This document shows positions 43,407-52,682 of a stretch of 64,000 nucleotides of DNA, piece after piece. Under the pieces are notes generated by a model. That model ran no database searches and was not told the origin of the DNA. It saw nothing but the letters and a program-made list of their open reading frames with translations. Position numbers and translations under genes: made by a program. Location of the stretch: positions 2,572,068 through 2,636,067 of the forward strand of contig OY969923.1 in assembly GCA_963704615.1 (NCBI GenBank), read 5' to 3'. Each line of letters starts with the position of its first letter. The stretch's first letter is position 1. The DNA is from an uncultured Acidimicrobiaceae bacterium (GTDB lineage: Bacteria; Actinomycetota; Acidimicrobiia; Acidimicrobiales; RAAP-2).

Positions 43407-44123
43407 TCACTCCGTCTCGGTGTCGTTCACTCCCCGAGCCAGGTTGACCAGACGCACCACGTGGCGCCATTCGGGCTCGCGACGGTCCCCGTCCGGACCA
43501 GGCTGGGTCATTCGGGCCAGAGCCGCCACTCGACGACGGGTGGCGATCAGGGACCGGCGTCCGAAGGGCAGCGACTTCTGCGATGTCCGGGGTCGAAAGG
43601 CCCCTTGGAGTCCTCGTTCCTCGATGTCGTGCAGCGCGGCGTTGAGCTGGGAGGATGAGGAGATTCCGAGGGCGGCAACCTTGGTACTGGAACCCGGCCT
43701 GGCCCGCCGCGCCTCGTCGGGTGAGCGGATGGCATGGAGCAGGTCATCCAGGTCTCGCAGCTCGCCGTGGCCATAGAAGAAGTCAGCGCCCGCTTCCGCC
43801 ATACGCAATCGCAACAGCTCGTTGGTGACGTGGCCGCTGATGACGATGACAAGGGTCTCTTCCCTCGAGCGAACCCGTCGGACCGCCTCCACGACACGGA
43901 CCCCCGGGAATCGGTCCCACGCCTGACTGGCATCCCAGGCGTCGACCAGCACGGCATCCACGTCCGCCCACGGGACCACTCCCGAAAGAGCCTGGTCGTG
44001 ATCGCAGGCCGCCACGACCGTCAGCCCGGCGGACTCGAGTGCTGAGACCCGACCGGTCCGGACCCACATGTCGTCATCGATCACTGCGATGCGGATGCCC
44101 GGATCCTTTGCCACCGCCACCAT
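43407..44123 (-). CDS. Receiver (REC)-like domain protein with an uncharacterised C-terminal domain (atypical or pseudo-receiver)
   Basis: IRIAVIDDDMWVRTG..(acidic pocket DDD), VDAVLVDAWD (candidate phospho-Asp), TLVIVISGH (Ser at the T87 position) and AGADFFYGHG, where CheY has ..VVKPF, so no Lys is evident. The C-terminal ~110 aa has no LuxR/OmpR-type HTH that I recognise. The ORF is open to 44243. Confidence 0.65.
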   Translation of the reverse strand: MVAVAKDPGIRIAVIDDDMWVRTGRVSALESAGLTVVAACDHDQALSGVVPWADVDAVLVDAWDASQAWDRFPGVRVVEAVRRVRSREETLVIVISGHVTNELLRLRMAEAGADFFYGHGELRDLDDLLHAIRSPDEARRARPGSSTKVAALGISSSSQLNAALHDIEERGLQGAFRPRTSQKSLPFGRRSLIATRRRVAALARMTQPGPDGDRREPEWRHVVRLVNLARGVNDTETE

Positions 44124-44174
44124 GGTGACTCCTGCGAATGGATCGCGCAAACAGGGCTCTGCGAGACTTGGCCT

Positions 44175-45935
44175 GTGACCAGCGATTCGAGACGTTGGGG
44201 ACTTGCGCCCGACAGCTTCGTTGAAGCGCGTATCGCCACCCATCTGATGTGGAGGCTCGGGTCACGGTTCCATGCCGTCGTCTCGACCAGGGGTGCAGCC
44301 AAAACACCCCTGTGGCGGAGCATCGCAGCGGCGTCGGTCGGAGCCGACCTGGTCGGCGCCCGACGACTTCGGCGAGACCGAGACTTCCATCTTCTGTCCC
44401 GGCTGGTCGTCGACGCAGCTGACCTGGCCCTGTGGTGTCGAGCGGCCGGTGACGACCCGGACACCACCTCGGACAGCGTGATTCCCGGCGTCGGGCTGGC
44501 GGCCGAAGCTGGCGCACGTCTCGGTCTGGCCGGCATGGTGGTTCCCGTCGTGAACGCATCAGTCATGGCCGTCGTGCGAAAATGTCGCGGTCATGACCTT
44601 CGCCTGTGGCAGATCGGTTGGCAGGTGATGGGTGTGCTGGGAGGAATCGGGCTCTCGGTGTCGGCGGCACGTCGACGCAACGCGGTACAGGAGGACCATC
44701 GACGGGACCTCGAGGCGAGGGTGCAGGCGGCTGAGTTGGCCGGGTACCACTCATTCGTCACCGACACCGACCCGGTTGCCGACCGATTGCAGCGGGCAAC
44801 CGCCCTGGTCGAGTTGGGCGGAGGCGACCGGCGCCGTACCAGCTCGGTAGCTGCTTGGAAAGCAACCCTGGCCGAGGTCACCCGGGAACGAGCGGCCTTT
44901 CTGGCCGATGCGCTGCTGTTGTGGCAAGCCGCTCACAACCTGCACCCTGACCTGCGATCCGTTGTCCAGTTCGACATCGAACCCGGGGCCGGCACGGTGC
45001 TTTTGACACTGAGTCAGGCTGATGACCTGCGATTGGCACTCGACAACCTCGACTTGCGGGGCACGGTGGCGGTCGGACTGGTCGACGCCGCCGAAGCCCG
45101 GCGCGCCGACGGGCGTCGAGACCTGATCGTGGCTGACCACGTGGTCTCCCTGGGGCGACCGCTCGAGGCGCTCTCGGTCATCTACGACGCCATTCCGACC
45201 GCGTTCGTCATGAGCACCCTGTGGTTCGTGCCCCAACTGTCGGACACCAGAGAGGGCGTGCCGGTCCGCGCCACCCTCGTCCCCGCGGTCCTGACCACCG
45301 GTGCGGCGCTGTGGACTGCCGTCCGGGCCAATCGGGTCGGGTTGGCGCCCCGCCGCCCCTCGGTGCTGGTCTCGGGACTGGCCACCGCGATCTACACCCA
45401 GATCAGCGCAACTGGAGCCCGCAACCCCCACTCGCCGGACGGGGCGTCGTGGTTCCCCTGGATGTTGGCTCTGCAGGGCTATGAACTGGTCACCGAGCAC
45501 TGTGGCCCGGATCTGTCTCGTCGGGAGCTTCGCCTGGCCCGTCTTGGGGCCGCGGCCCTGGTGGCGGTGGGATGGTTTCGTTCGCCCCACCCCCGGTCAC
45601 TTCGCGCCCTGCTGAGCGAGGCGGTGTGGCCGCTCGGTATCGGCATCTGGGCCAGCGCCACCGCCCGGGCCATCAAGACCGATGCCGGCAATCTGGCCAC
45701 GGAGATTCGCACCGAGGACGCAGAAGCGGTTGCCGCCGCCTTCGCCGAGGGTCGCAAGCGTGTCCTTGACTATCTGACCAGCGAACTGCAGATCGCCGAG
45801 CGGGAGCTCGATCAACGTGGCAGAACGATGGAGACCCGCCACCGCTCCGAGGCCCGACGTCGACTCGCCGAGGTGAGGGATGATCTGGACGAGCTTGAGC
45901 AGATGGCGACCGCCTCGCCGGTCTCGGTCTCCTAG
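44175..45935 (+). CDS. Polytopic membrane protein with a central cytoplasmic domain and a C-terminal coiled coil; no HisKA/HATPase motifs recognised
   Basis: 586 aa. There are two clusters of hydrophobic helices (about 45-190 and about 350-510). The intervening soluble region reads ..EDHRRDLEARVQAAELAGYHSFVTDTDPVADRLQRA... The C-terminus AEAVAAAFAEGRKRVLDYLTSELQIAERELDQRGRTMETRHRSEARRRLAEVRDDLDELEQ is heptad-like. It diverges from the REC gene with a 51-bp gap. Confidence 0.65.
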   Translation: MTSDSRRWGLAPDSFVEARIATHLMWRLGSRFHAVVSTRGAAKTPLWRSIAAASVGADLVGARRLRRDRDFHLLSRLVVDAADLALWCRAAGDDPDTTSDSVIPGVGLAAEAGARLGLAGMVVPVVNASVMAVVRKCRGHDLRLWQIGWQVMGVLGGIGLSVSAARRRNAVQEDHRRDLEARVQAAELAGYHSFVTDTDPVADRLQRATALVELGGGDRRRTSSVAAWKATLAEVTRERAAFLADALLLWQAAHNLHPDLRSVVQFDIEPGAGTVLLTLSQADDLRLALDNLDLRGTVAVGLVDAAEARRADGRRDLIVADHVVSLGRPLEALSVIYDAIPTAFVMSTLWFVPQLSDTREGVPVRATLVPAVLTTGAALWTAVRANRVGLAPRRPSVLVSGLATAIYTQISATGARNPHSPDGASWFPWMLALQGYELVTEHCGPDLSRRELRLARLGAAALVAVGWFRSPHPRSLRALLSEAVWPLGIGIWASATARAIKTDAGNLATEIRTEDAEAVAAAFAEGRKRVLDYLTSELQIAERELDQRGRTMETRHRSEARRRLAEVRDDLDELEQMATASPVSVS

Positions 45936-46108
45936 TCCTCTTGATGGATCGGGTGGAGTCCACGCGCCCCTTCGGCCCGCAGACCCCCGCCTTTACTCGC
46001 CACAGCCGAGCTTGTTTCACCCGATGCAACCGGACACGCTGACGACCGCCGGGTGCGGGACTCCCCCGCTGACACCAGTCGCCGTGGGCAGGCCTGCTCC
46101 CGAGGCGT

Positions 46109-49100
46109 CTAGGACTTCACCGTGATGGCGCCGATCGCCGTCGTGTTGGCTCCGTTGCTGGAGTCGGTGATGGTGACGTTGAAGGGACCGAGAGTGGCCG
46201 TCTTGGACGCCTTGAGCTTGAGCTTGAGGGTCGGGATGGGGTGCTTCTTACTGGTCTTGCTGAGCTTGGCTGACCTCACCGTCACCCCCGCATTGGACAC
46301 GGTGACGACGTCATGGGAGTCGAACCCCGTGCCCGAGACGACGGTGGTCAGCGTCAGGCCCTGCTTGATCGACGTCTTGGAGAAGCCCGTGATGGTCGGT
46401 CCGACAACGGTGACCGACTCGGATGTCGTCTGAGTGGTGCCGTTGGTGTTGGACACCGAGGTGGTCACCGTGTACGTGCCAGGCGTGGTGTAGGTGTGGC
46501 TCGGTCCGACAACGGTCCCGGTGGCCCCGGTGATGTTGACGGTGGCCGTCTGGGGGCCACTGCCGTCGCCGTAGTTGACGGTGCCGCTCCAGGTGGCGGT
46601 GGTGTCGTCATTGGCGTTGGCGATGGTGGCCACCTGGGGCGTCGTCAGCTGCACGTTCTCTGCCGGTGACAGGGCGGTCGGGCTGGTCGTGAACGGGTTT
46701 TCGGCGGTCAGTACCACCGCGCTCGAGGGGTAGGTCACGGCGTAGGCGTTGGGCCCGAACGACAGATTGGTGAAGGTACCGGTCACCGGGCCGCCGATCG
46801 GGGTGAACATGGTGCTTGCGGTGGGCTGACTGCCCACGGTGGTCACGGCCAGGGTGCTGCCGGTGATGGTTACCCCCGGCCCGGATATGCCACCCGTACC
46901 GACGGTCCCGTTGACGGTGACCCCTAGGGTGCCGGTGCTGGTCAGGGTGCCGCCGCTACTCATGGTCAGGTGGCCGCCATTGACCACCTGGAGGGTGCCG
47001 GCGTTGGTGGTCAGGGTGCTCTCATCCTGACGGGTGTCCGGAGCACCGATGGTCACGGTGCCACCGGCCTGGTTGGTGAGCGGGGTCTCGATGTAGGCCG
47101 CCACGTCGCCCGTCCCGGTAAAGCTGGTGGACAGGTGGGCGCCGGAGGCGACGGTGAGGCCAGTTCCCGAGCCTTCGATGTCGGCATAACCACCGGCCGA
47201 GTTGGAGGTGAGGGCGAGGGTCCCGTGATCGGTCACGCCGGTGACCTGGAGGATCACATTGGTGACCCGCCCGTCGACGGTGACCGTCTGTCCGACCGGG
47301 ATGGTGCCGGTCAGCGTGGATCCGCTGCCGATGTCGTCGAACGATCCCGTGCCGGCGCTGTCGGCCAAGGTGACGTCGTTGACGTTCACCGCGTTGCCCG
47401 ATTCAGTGGCGCCGGACTGGGTGAAGGTCCCCCCGGTCTCGGTCATGGTGCCGGTCAGTGTCAGGGTACCCGCCGCGTCGGTGAACGAGCCGCCACCGGT
47501 GATCGCCAGGTTCCCACCGCTGGCCACGGTGAACGTCCCCGAGTTGGTGGTCAGCGTGTTCGAGTCCTGACGGGTGTCGGGAGCAGCGATGGTCACGGCG
47601 CCACCGGCCTGGTTGGTGACGGGAGTCTCGATGTAGGCCGGCACGTCGCCCGTTCCGGTAAAGCTGGTGGTCAGGACACCACCCGAGGCGACGGTGAGCC
47701 CACTTCCCGATCCGACGACGTCGGCATAGCCACCGGACGAGTTGGAGCTCAGGGCCAGCGTCCCGTCGTCGGTCACGCCGGTGACGGTGAGGCTCACGTT
47801 GGTGGTCCTCCCGTCCACGGTGACCGTCTGACCGACCGGGATGGTGCCGGTCAGCGTGGATCCGCTGCCGATGTCGTCGAACGATCCGGTGCCGGCGCTG
47901 TCGGCCAAGGTGACGTCGTTGACGTTGACCGGATGGCCCGATTCGGTACTCGACTGGGTGAAGGTCCCGCCGGTCTCGGTCATGGTGCCGGTCAGTGTGA
48001 GGGTGCCCGTGTTGGTGAACGAGCTGCCACCGGTGACCGACAGGTTCCCACCGCTGGCCACGGTGAACGCCCCCGAGTTGGTGGTCAGCGTGTTCGAGTC
48101 CTGACGGGTGTCAGGAGCGCTGATGGTCACGATGCCGCCGACCTGGTTGGTCAGAGGGGTCTCGATGTAGACGGGCACGGACGACACCGAGGCCAGGCTG
48201 GTGGACAGGACACCGCCCGAGGCGACGGTGAGGCCACTCCCCGACCCGGTGATCTGGGCATAGCCACCGGAAGAGTTGGAGCTCAGGGCCAGCGTCCCGT
48301 CATCGGTCACGCCGGTGACGGCGAGGCTCACGTTGGTGGTCCTCCCGTCCACGGTGACCGTCTGTCCGACCGGGATGGTGCCGGTCAGTGTGGATCCGCT
48401 GCCGATGTCGTCGAACGATCCGGTGCCGGCGCTGTCGGCCAAGGTGACGTCGTTGACGTTCACCGCGTTGCCCGATTCAGTAGCGCCGGACTGGGTGAAG
48501 GTCCCGTTCGTCTCGGTCATGGTGCCGGTCAGTGTGAGGGTGCCGGCCGTGTTGGTGAACGAGCTGCCACCGGTGACCGCCAGGTTCCCACCGCTGGCCA
48601 CGGAGAACGTCCCCGAGTTGGTGGTCAGCGTGTTCGAGTCCTGACGGGTGTCGGGAGCACCGATGGTCACGGTGCCGCCGGCCTGGTTGGTGAGGGGGGT
48701 CTCGATGTAGGCCGGCACGTCGCCCGTTCCGGTAAAACTGGTCGACAGGACCCCACCGGAGGTGACGGTCACGCCACCGGCGCCACTGATGTCGGCATAA
48801 CCACCGCTGGAGTTGGGGTTGAGCGCCAGTACGCCGGTGCTTCCCACCGTGCTGGCCGCGCCAACCGACAGGTTGACGTTGGTGGAGGAGCCGTCCACCT
48901 TCAGCGTCTGGGTGCCGCTGGCCCCGTCGCTGATCTGCACCGCACCGACAGTTTCGCTCCCGGTCATATCCACCGTGTAGGTGCCACTTGCGTAGATGCA
49001 GGCCACATCGCTGCTGGTCGGCACTCGCGCCGGTAACCAGTTGCCGGGGGAAGACCAGTTTCCGCTGGAGCCCGTCGCCCAGTCGATCGTGCAGGTGGCG

Positions 49101-49201
49101 GCGGCGCTGGGCGTGGCTGTGGCCACGGACACCGCCGCTATCGAACCCAACGAGGTCAATGCAAGCGCGACCGCCATGACAATTCTGCGCATTCCCACCA
49201 T
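46109..49201 (-). CDS. Secreted ~1030-aa repeat protein B, a paralogue of A: 4 x ~178-aa beta-helix-like units + PKD + Ig-like C-terminal domain
   Basis: GGAG lies 9 nt before the ATG at 49201. Signal peptide MVGMRRIVMAVALALTSLGSIAAVSVATATPSAA. Units have the form VGQTVTVDGRTTNVSL.VTGVTDDGTLALSSNSSGGYA...VPAYIETPLTNQAGGTVTI.APDTRQDSNTLTTNSGTFTVASGGNL. The C-terminal 203 aa are identical to protein A except for one residue (A/V). The ORF is open to 49312. Confidence 0.85.
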   Translation of the reverse strand: MVGMRRIVMAVALALTSLGSIAAVSVATATPSAAATCTIDWATGSSGNWSSPGNWLPARVPTSSDVACIYASGTYTVDMTGSETVGAVQISDGASGTQTLKVDGSSTNVNLSVGAASTVGSTGVLALNPNSSGGYADISGAGGVTVTSGGVLSTSFTGTGDVPAYIETPLTNQAGGTVTIGAPDTRQDSNTLTTNSGTFSVASGGNLAVTGGSSFTNTAGTLTLTGTMTETNGTFTQSGATESGNAVNVNDVTLADSAGTGSFDDIGSGSTLTGTIPVGQTVTVDGRTTNVSLAVTGVTDDGTLALSSNSSGGYAQITGSGSGLTVASGGVLSTSLASVSSVPVYIETPLTNQVGGIVTISAPDTRQDSNTLTTNSGAFTVASGGNLSVTGGSSFTNTGTLTLTGTMTETGGTFTQSSTESGHPVNVNDVTLADSAGTGSFDDIGSGSTLTGTIPVGQTVTVDGRTTNVSLTVTGVTDDGTLALSSNSSGGYADVVGSGSGLTVASGGVLTTSFTGTGDVPAYIETPVTNQAGGAVTIAAPDTRQDSNTLTTNSGTFTVASGGNLAITGGGSFTDAAGTLTLTGTMTETGGTFTQSGATESGNAVNVNDVTLADSAGTGSFDDIGSGSTLTGTIPVGQTVTVDGRVTNVILQVTGVTDHGTLALTSNSAGGYADIEGSGTGLTVASGAHLSTSFTGTGDVAAYIETPLTNQAGGTVTIGAPDTRQDESTLTTNAGTLQVVNGGHLTMSSGGTLTSTGTLGVTVNGTVGTGGISGPGVTITGSTLAVTTVGSQPTASTMFTPIGGPVTGTFTNLSFGPNAYAVTYPSSAVVLTAENPFTTSPTALSPAENVQLTTPQVATIANANDDTTATWSGTVNYGDGSGPQTATVNITGATGTVVGPSHTYTTPGTYTVTTSVSNTNGTTQTTSESVTVVGPTITGFSKTSIKQGLTLTTVVSGTGFDSHDVVTVSNAGVTVRSAKLSKTSKKHPIPTLKLKLKASKTATLGPFNVTITDSSNGANTTAIGAITVKS
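46850..49000 (-). repeat. Intragenic tandem repeat in protein B, period 534-540 bp (about 4 units; boundaries approximate)
   Basis: The anchor ggtgaccgtctg(t/a)ccgaccggg recurs at 47279, 47819 and 48353, with a degenerate copy near 48893. Confidence 0.8.
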
Positions 49202-49459
49202 GTTCATCCGCTCCGTTCCATGTTTCGGTCCGCCGGGCCGCGCACATCGACAGACATTTGCATGCACGACGGCTGGCAGGCCCCTTGGGACAGTTAAACG
49301 GAAGCCGATCAAGCTTGCAAGCGACGTCAGTCTCTTACCGTGTCAGCCCTCGAAGCGTGGCCACACGTTCTCATTACGTCGCCGATTCATCGATCGGCAA
49401 GCCAGCCGCGATCCTGCCGGCCGGAATGCAATCGGACGATCTCCCTCGGCAGTCCGTCC

Positions 49460-50617
49460 TCAGCGCGGCGCCCTCGGCATCCCCATGCCGACCATGGCGA
49501 TGATGTCGCGCTGGATTTCGTTGGTCCCGCCCCCGAAGGTGAAGATGGTCTGGCTACGGGAGCTGCGTTCGAGCTGGCCGCGCAGGACGGCCCCGGGCGA
49601 CCCCTCGGGTAGGTAGCCGGCCTGGCCCACGATCTCGAGGAGCAGGCGGTAGGCCTCGAGGGCGAACTCGGTGCCGAACACCTTGGTGGCCGAGGCGTCC
49701 GCCGGATCGAGGCCCTTGTCCGCGGCCCAGGCCACCTTCCAGTTGAGCAACTTCAGGAACTCGGCCCTGGCCTCGGCCCGGGCCAGATGGAGCTGGACCC
49801 ACTCCCGGTCGATGACTCGCCCCCCGTCGGCCAACCGCTCGTTCCGGGCCCATTCCGCCACCTCGGCGATGCTGCGAAGGATGCCAGACACCGGGCAGAT
49901 GGCCACCCGCTCGTGGTTGAGCTGGTTGGTGATCAGCTTCCAGCCCTGGTTCTCCTCGCCCACCAGGTTGGCCACCGGAACCCTGACCTCGTCGTAGAAG
50001 GTGGAGCTGGTGAATTCACCGGCCGTCGTGCGCAGCGGTGTCCAATGGAACCCGGGTGCGTCGACGGGGACGATGAACACCGAGAGCCCCTTGTGTTTGG
50101 GCAACGTCGGATCGGTCCTCGCCGCCAGCCACACGTAGTCGGCGTACTGGATGGCGCTGGTGTACAGCTTCTCGCCGGTGATCACGTACTCGTCACCGTC
50201 TCGCACCGCCCGGGTCTGGAGCGAGGCCAAGTCGGTTCCGGCGGTGGGCTCGGTGTAGCCGATGGCGAAGTGGACCTCGCCCCGGAGGATCCCCGGGAGG
50301 ATCCGTTGCTTCTGCTCGTCGGTGCCGAGTGCCATCAGGGTCGGACCGACGCTGTTGAGGGTGAGCAGCGGGAGCGGAACCCCGGCCCAGTGGGACTCCT
50401 CGACGAAGATCATCTGGTCAATGGGCCCACGGGCCTGGCCTCCGTATTCGATGGGCCATCCCAGGCCGAGCCAGCGGTCCTCCCCCATCCGCCGGATGAA
50501 GTGCTTGTAGGCCGGCTCTTCGGAGTCGAGTGCGTCCACCTCGTCGACCAAGCCCGCGAAGTAGGCGCGCAGCACACACTTGAGGGCGTCTTGTTCTTCG
50601 GTCAGTGCCAACTGCAT
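49460..50617 (-). CDS. Acyl-CoA dehydrogenase family protein
   Basis: 385 aa. LGWPIEYGGQ, GYTEPTAGTDLASLQTRA, ITGEKLYTS and the C-terminal IFTFGGGTNEIQRDIIA are ACAD blocks. Confidence 0.9.
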   Translation of the reverse strand: MQLALTEEQDALKCVLRAYFAGLVDEVDALDSEEPAYKHFIRRMGEDRWLGLGWPIEYGGQARGPIDQMIFVEESHWAGVPLPLLTLNSVGPTLMALGTDEQKQRILPGILRGEVHFAIGYTEPTAGTDLASLQTRAVRDGDEYVITGEKLYTSAIQYADYVWLAARTDPTLPKHKGLSVFIVPVDAPGFHWTPLRTTAGEFTSSTFYDEVRVPVANLVGEENQGWKLITNQLNHERVAICPVSGILRSIAEVAEWARNERLADGGRVIDREWVQLHLARAEARAEFLKLLNWKVAWAADKGLDPADASATKVFGTEFALEAYRLLLEIVGQAGYLPEGSPGAVLRGQLERSSRSQTIFTFGGGTNEIQRDIIAMVGMGMPRAPR

Positions 50618-50745
50618 GGGCCTCCCCTTTCGGAAGGGACGATAACAAGACGCCGGTCCCGCCCGAGCGGTCGAGGTCGCTGGAGGTCGGTCCCAGCGGT
50701 GGACGGATCGATGGCCGCACCGATGTCTGCACTACCGTCGGGCCC

Positions 50746-51540
50746 ATGAGCGAGACCTCGGTACCCACCCCCCCGATCGACCTCTTCTCCGTTGCTGGAA
50801 AGACCGTGGTGGTGACCGGCGGCAGTCGGGGCATCGGTCGGATGATCGCCGGTGGCTTCGTCGTCGCCGGAGCCAGCGTGATCATCGCCTCACGCAAGGA
50901 CGAGGCCGTCCAGACCGCGGTCGCCGAGCTCTCCCAGTTCGGCGAGTGCTCAGGCCTCACCGCCGACCTTTCCCGCGAAGAGGGTGCCCAGCGGCTCGCC
51001 GAGCAGGTGGGCGCCGACCACCAACGTGTCGATGTGCTGGTCAATAATGCCGGGGCCACCTGGGGGGCACCGCTGGCCGAGCACGACACCGCGTCGTGGG
51101 ATCGGGTGCTCAACCTCAATGTGCAGGGGATCTTCCACACCACCAAGTTCTTCCTTCCCCTGCTGGAGGCCGGAGCGAGCACCGAGCAACCGTCCCGGGT
51201 CATCAACATCGGGTCCATCGACGGCATCCACGTTCCCGTACTCGAGTCGTACTCGTATTCCGCCTCCAAGGCCGCCGTCCACCAGCTCACCCGTCATCTG
51301 GCCAAGCGCCTGGCCCCGACGATCACCGTGAACGCCGTCGCACCCGGCCCCTTCGAATCCAAGATGATGGCGGCCACGCTCGAGGCGTTCGGTGACCAGA
51401 TCGCCGCGGGCGCCCCACTCAAGCGCATCGGCCGGCCCGATGACATGGCCGGTGTGGCCATCTTTTTGGCCTCCCGTGCCGCCTCGTACGTCACCGGTGC
51501 CATCATCCCGGTCGACGGGGGCATCGCCACCACTGCCTGA
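50746..51540 (+). CDS. Short-chain dehydrogenase/reductase (SDR)
   Basis: GKTVVVTGGSRGIGRMIA (TGxxxGIG), LVNNAG, YSASKAAV (YxxxK) and PGPFES. The ORF is open from 50605. Confidence 0.9.
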   Translation: MSETSVPTPPIDLFSVAGKTVVVTGGSRGIGRMIAGGFVVAGASVIIASRKDEAVQTAVAELSQFGECSGLTADLSREEGAQRLAEQVGADHQRVDVLVNNAGATWGAPLAEHDTASWDRVLNLNVQGIFHTTKFFLPLLEAGASTEQPSRVINIGSIDGIHVPVLESYSYSASKAAVHQLTRHLAKRLAPTITVNAVAPGPFESKMMAATLEAFGDQIAAGAPLKRIGRPDDMAGVAIFLASRAASYVTGAIIPVDGGIATTA

Positions 51541-51810
51541 CGGGGCCCCGGGAGGACCCGTTGGTGGTCCCCACTGAGGCGGCGTTCTACGCATCTGCGA
51601 CAGCAGGAGTACAAGAGCAAGAACTCCAGGTCAGATCCGATCGGCCCAATTCCGCCCACGCAAGCTCAGGCCGTCAAAAAAGGGACCGCTCTTTGGGCAT
51701 TGCCCACCTGGGTGGCCGACTTCAACCCTCTCCGTGTCGGCGCTTCGGTCGGACATGTCCTGAACTCGCCCGTCCAACTTACGCCTGAGACCGGTTGTGT
51801 TCAAGAGGCA

Positions 51811-52653
51811 TTAGGCGAATTCGGGTACGTCCGGGAGGCGGCGGTCGACCAGTGCCTCCATCCGCGCCGTCAAGGCCGGTCCATAGGCGTCGTGGGTCAG
51901 GATCAGGAAGTCTTCCGACCGGATCCCGTCCACCACCCGCTGCCCCACTTCGGCCGGATCCATCCCTTGGTCGACAGCTCGGGCCAGAAAGTCGCCGACG
52001 AACTTCTGATCCTCGGTCACCGGGGTGACCAAGCGCTCGGGGCGATGTCGATCGGAGTCGGCGATGTTGGTGGCGATCATCCCCGGGCACAACACCGAGG
52101 CCCTGATCAGCGAGCCGACTGCGGCCAGGTCATGAGCCAGCGACTCGGTGGCGGCGAAGGCGGCGAACTTGGAGATGGCATAGGGAGACTCGAACGGGGC
52201 CCCCAACAGGCCGGCCACCGATGAGGTGTTGACCACGTGTCCCTCGGTGCCCTGGGCCATCATCCGGGGCACGAAGGCCCGAATGCCGTTGAGGATCCCC
52301 CACAGGTTGGCTCCGAGTACGAACTCGAAGTCCTCGTTGGGACGGTCCCAGACGAAACCCCCGACAAACACCCCGGCGTTGTTGCACACCACGTCGACCT
52401 GGCCGAACCGATCGAACACCTCATCCGCCCATGCCCCGACGGCGTCCCCGTCGCTCACATCGCAAGCGGCAGCCATCACCTCGGCCTCGGGGTACAGGGC
52501 CGCCACCCGATCGGCCGTTTCGGCCAGCGCGGCACCATCGATGTCGGCCACCGACACCCGCATACCCTGGGCCGCCAAGGCCAGCCCCAGGGCCCGTCCG
52601 ATACCGCTTCCGGCTCCGGTAACCGCGGCGACCTTCCCTCGGAACTCCTGCAT
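51811..52653 (-). CDS. Short-chain dehydrogenase/reductase (SDR)
   Basis: GKVAAVTGAGSGIGRALG, VCNNAG, YAISKFAA and LCPGMIATN. Confidence 0.9.
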   Translation of the reverse strand: MQEFRGKVAAVTGAGSGIGRALGLALAAQGMRVSVADIDGAALAETADRVAALYPEAEVMAAACDVSDGDAVGAWADEVFDRFGQVDVVCNNAGVFVGGFVWDRPNEDFEFVLGANLWGILNGIRAFVPRMMAQGTEGHVVNTSSVAGLLGAPFESPYAISKFAAFAATESLAHDLAAVGSLIRASVLCPGMIATNIADSDRHRPERLVTPVTEDQKFVGDFLARAVDQGMDPAEVGQRVVDGIRSEDFLILTHDAYGPALTARMEALVDRRLPDVPEFA

Positions 52654-52682
52654 GACGACGATCCGTCCTCTCCGTGGCCCGA

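Noticed and set aside
46970-49036. 688-aa plus-strand ORF, and other plus-strand ORFs (40532-41806, 41825-42331, 42350-42850, 47241-47570 and others), inside the giant repeat genes.
   Set aside because: These are antisense readings of the tandem repeats, and they repeat with the same period. They lack start or RBS context. The minus-strand frames carry signal peptides, PKD signatures and RBSs.
39874-49201. Annotating the giant proteins as autotransporters or sortase-anchored (LPXTG) adhesins.
   Set aside because: Both end in ..AIGAITVKS. There is no C-terminal beta-barrel domain, no LPXTG motif and no hydrophobic anchor. Only the repeat style resembles passenger-domain beta-helices.
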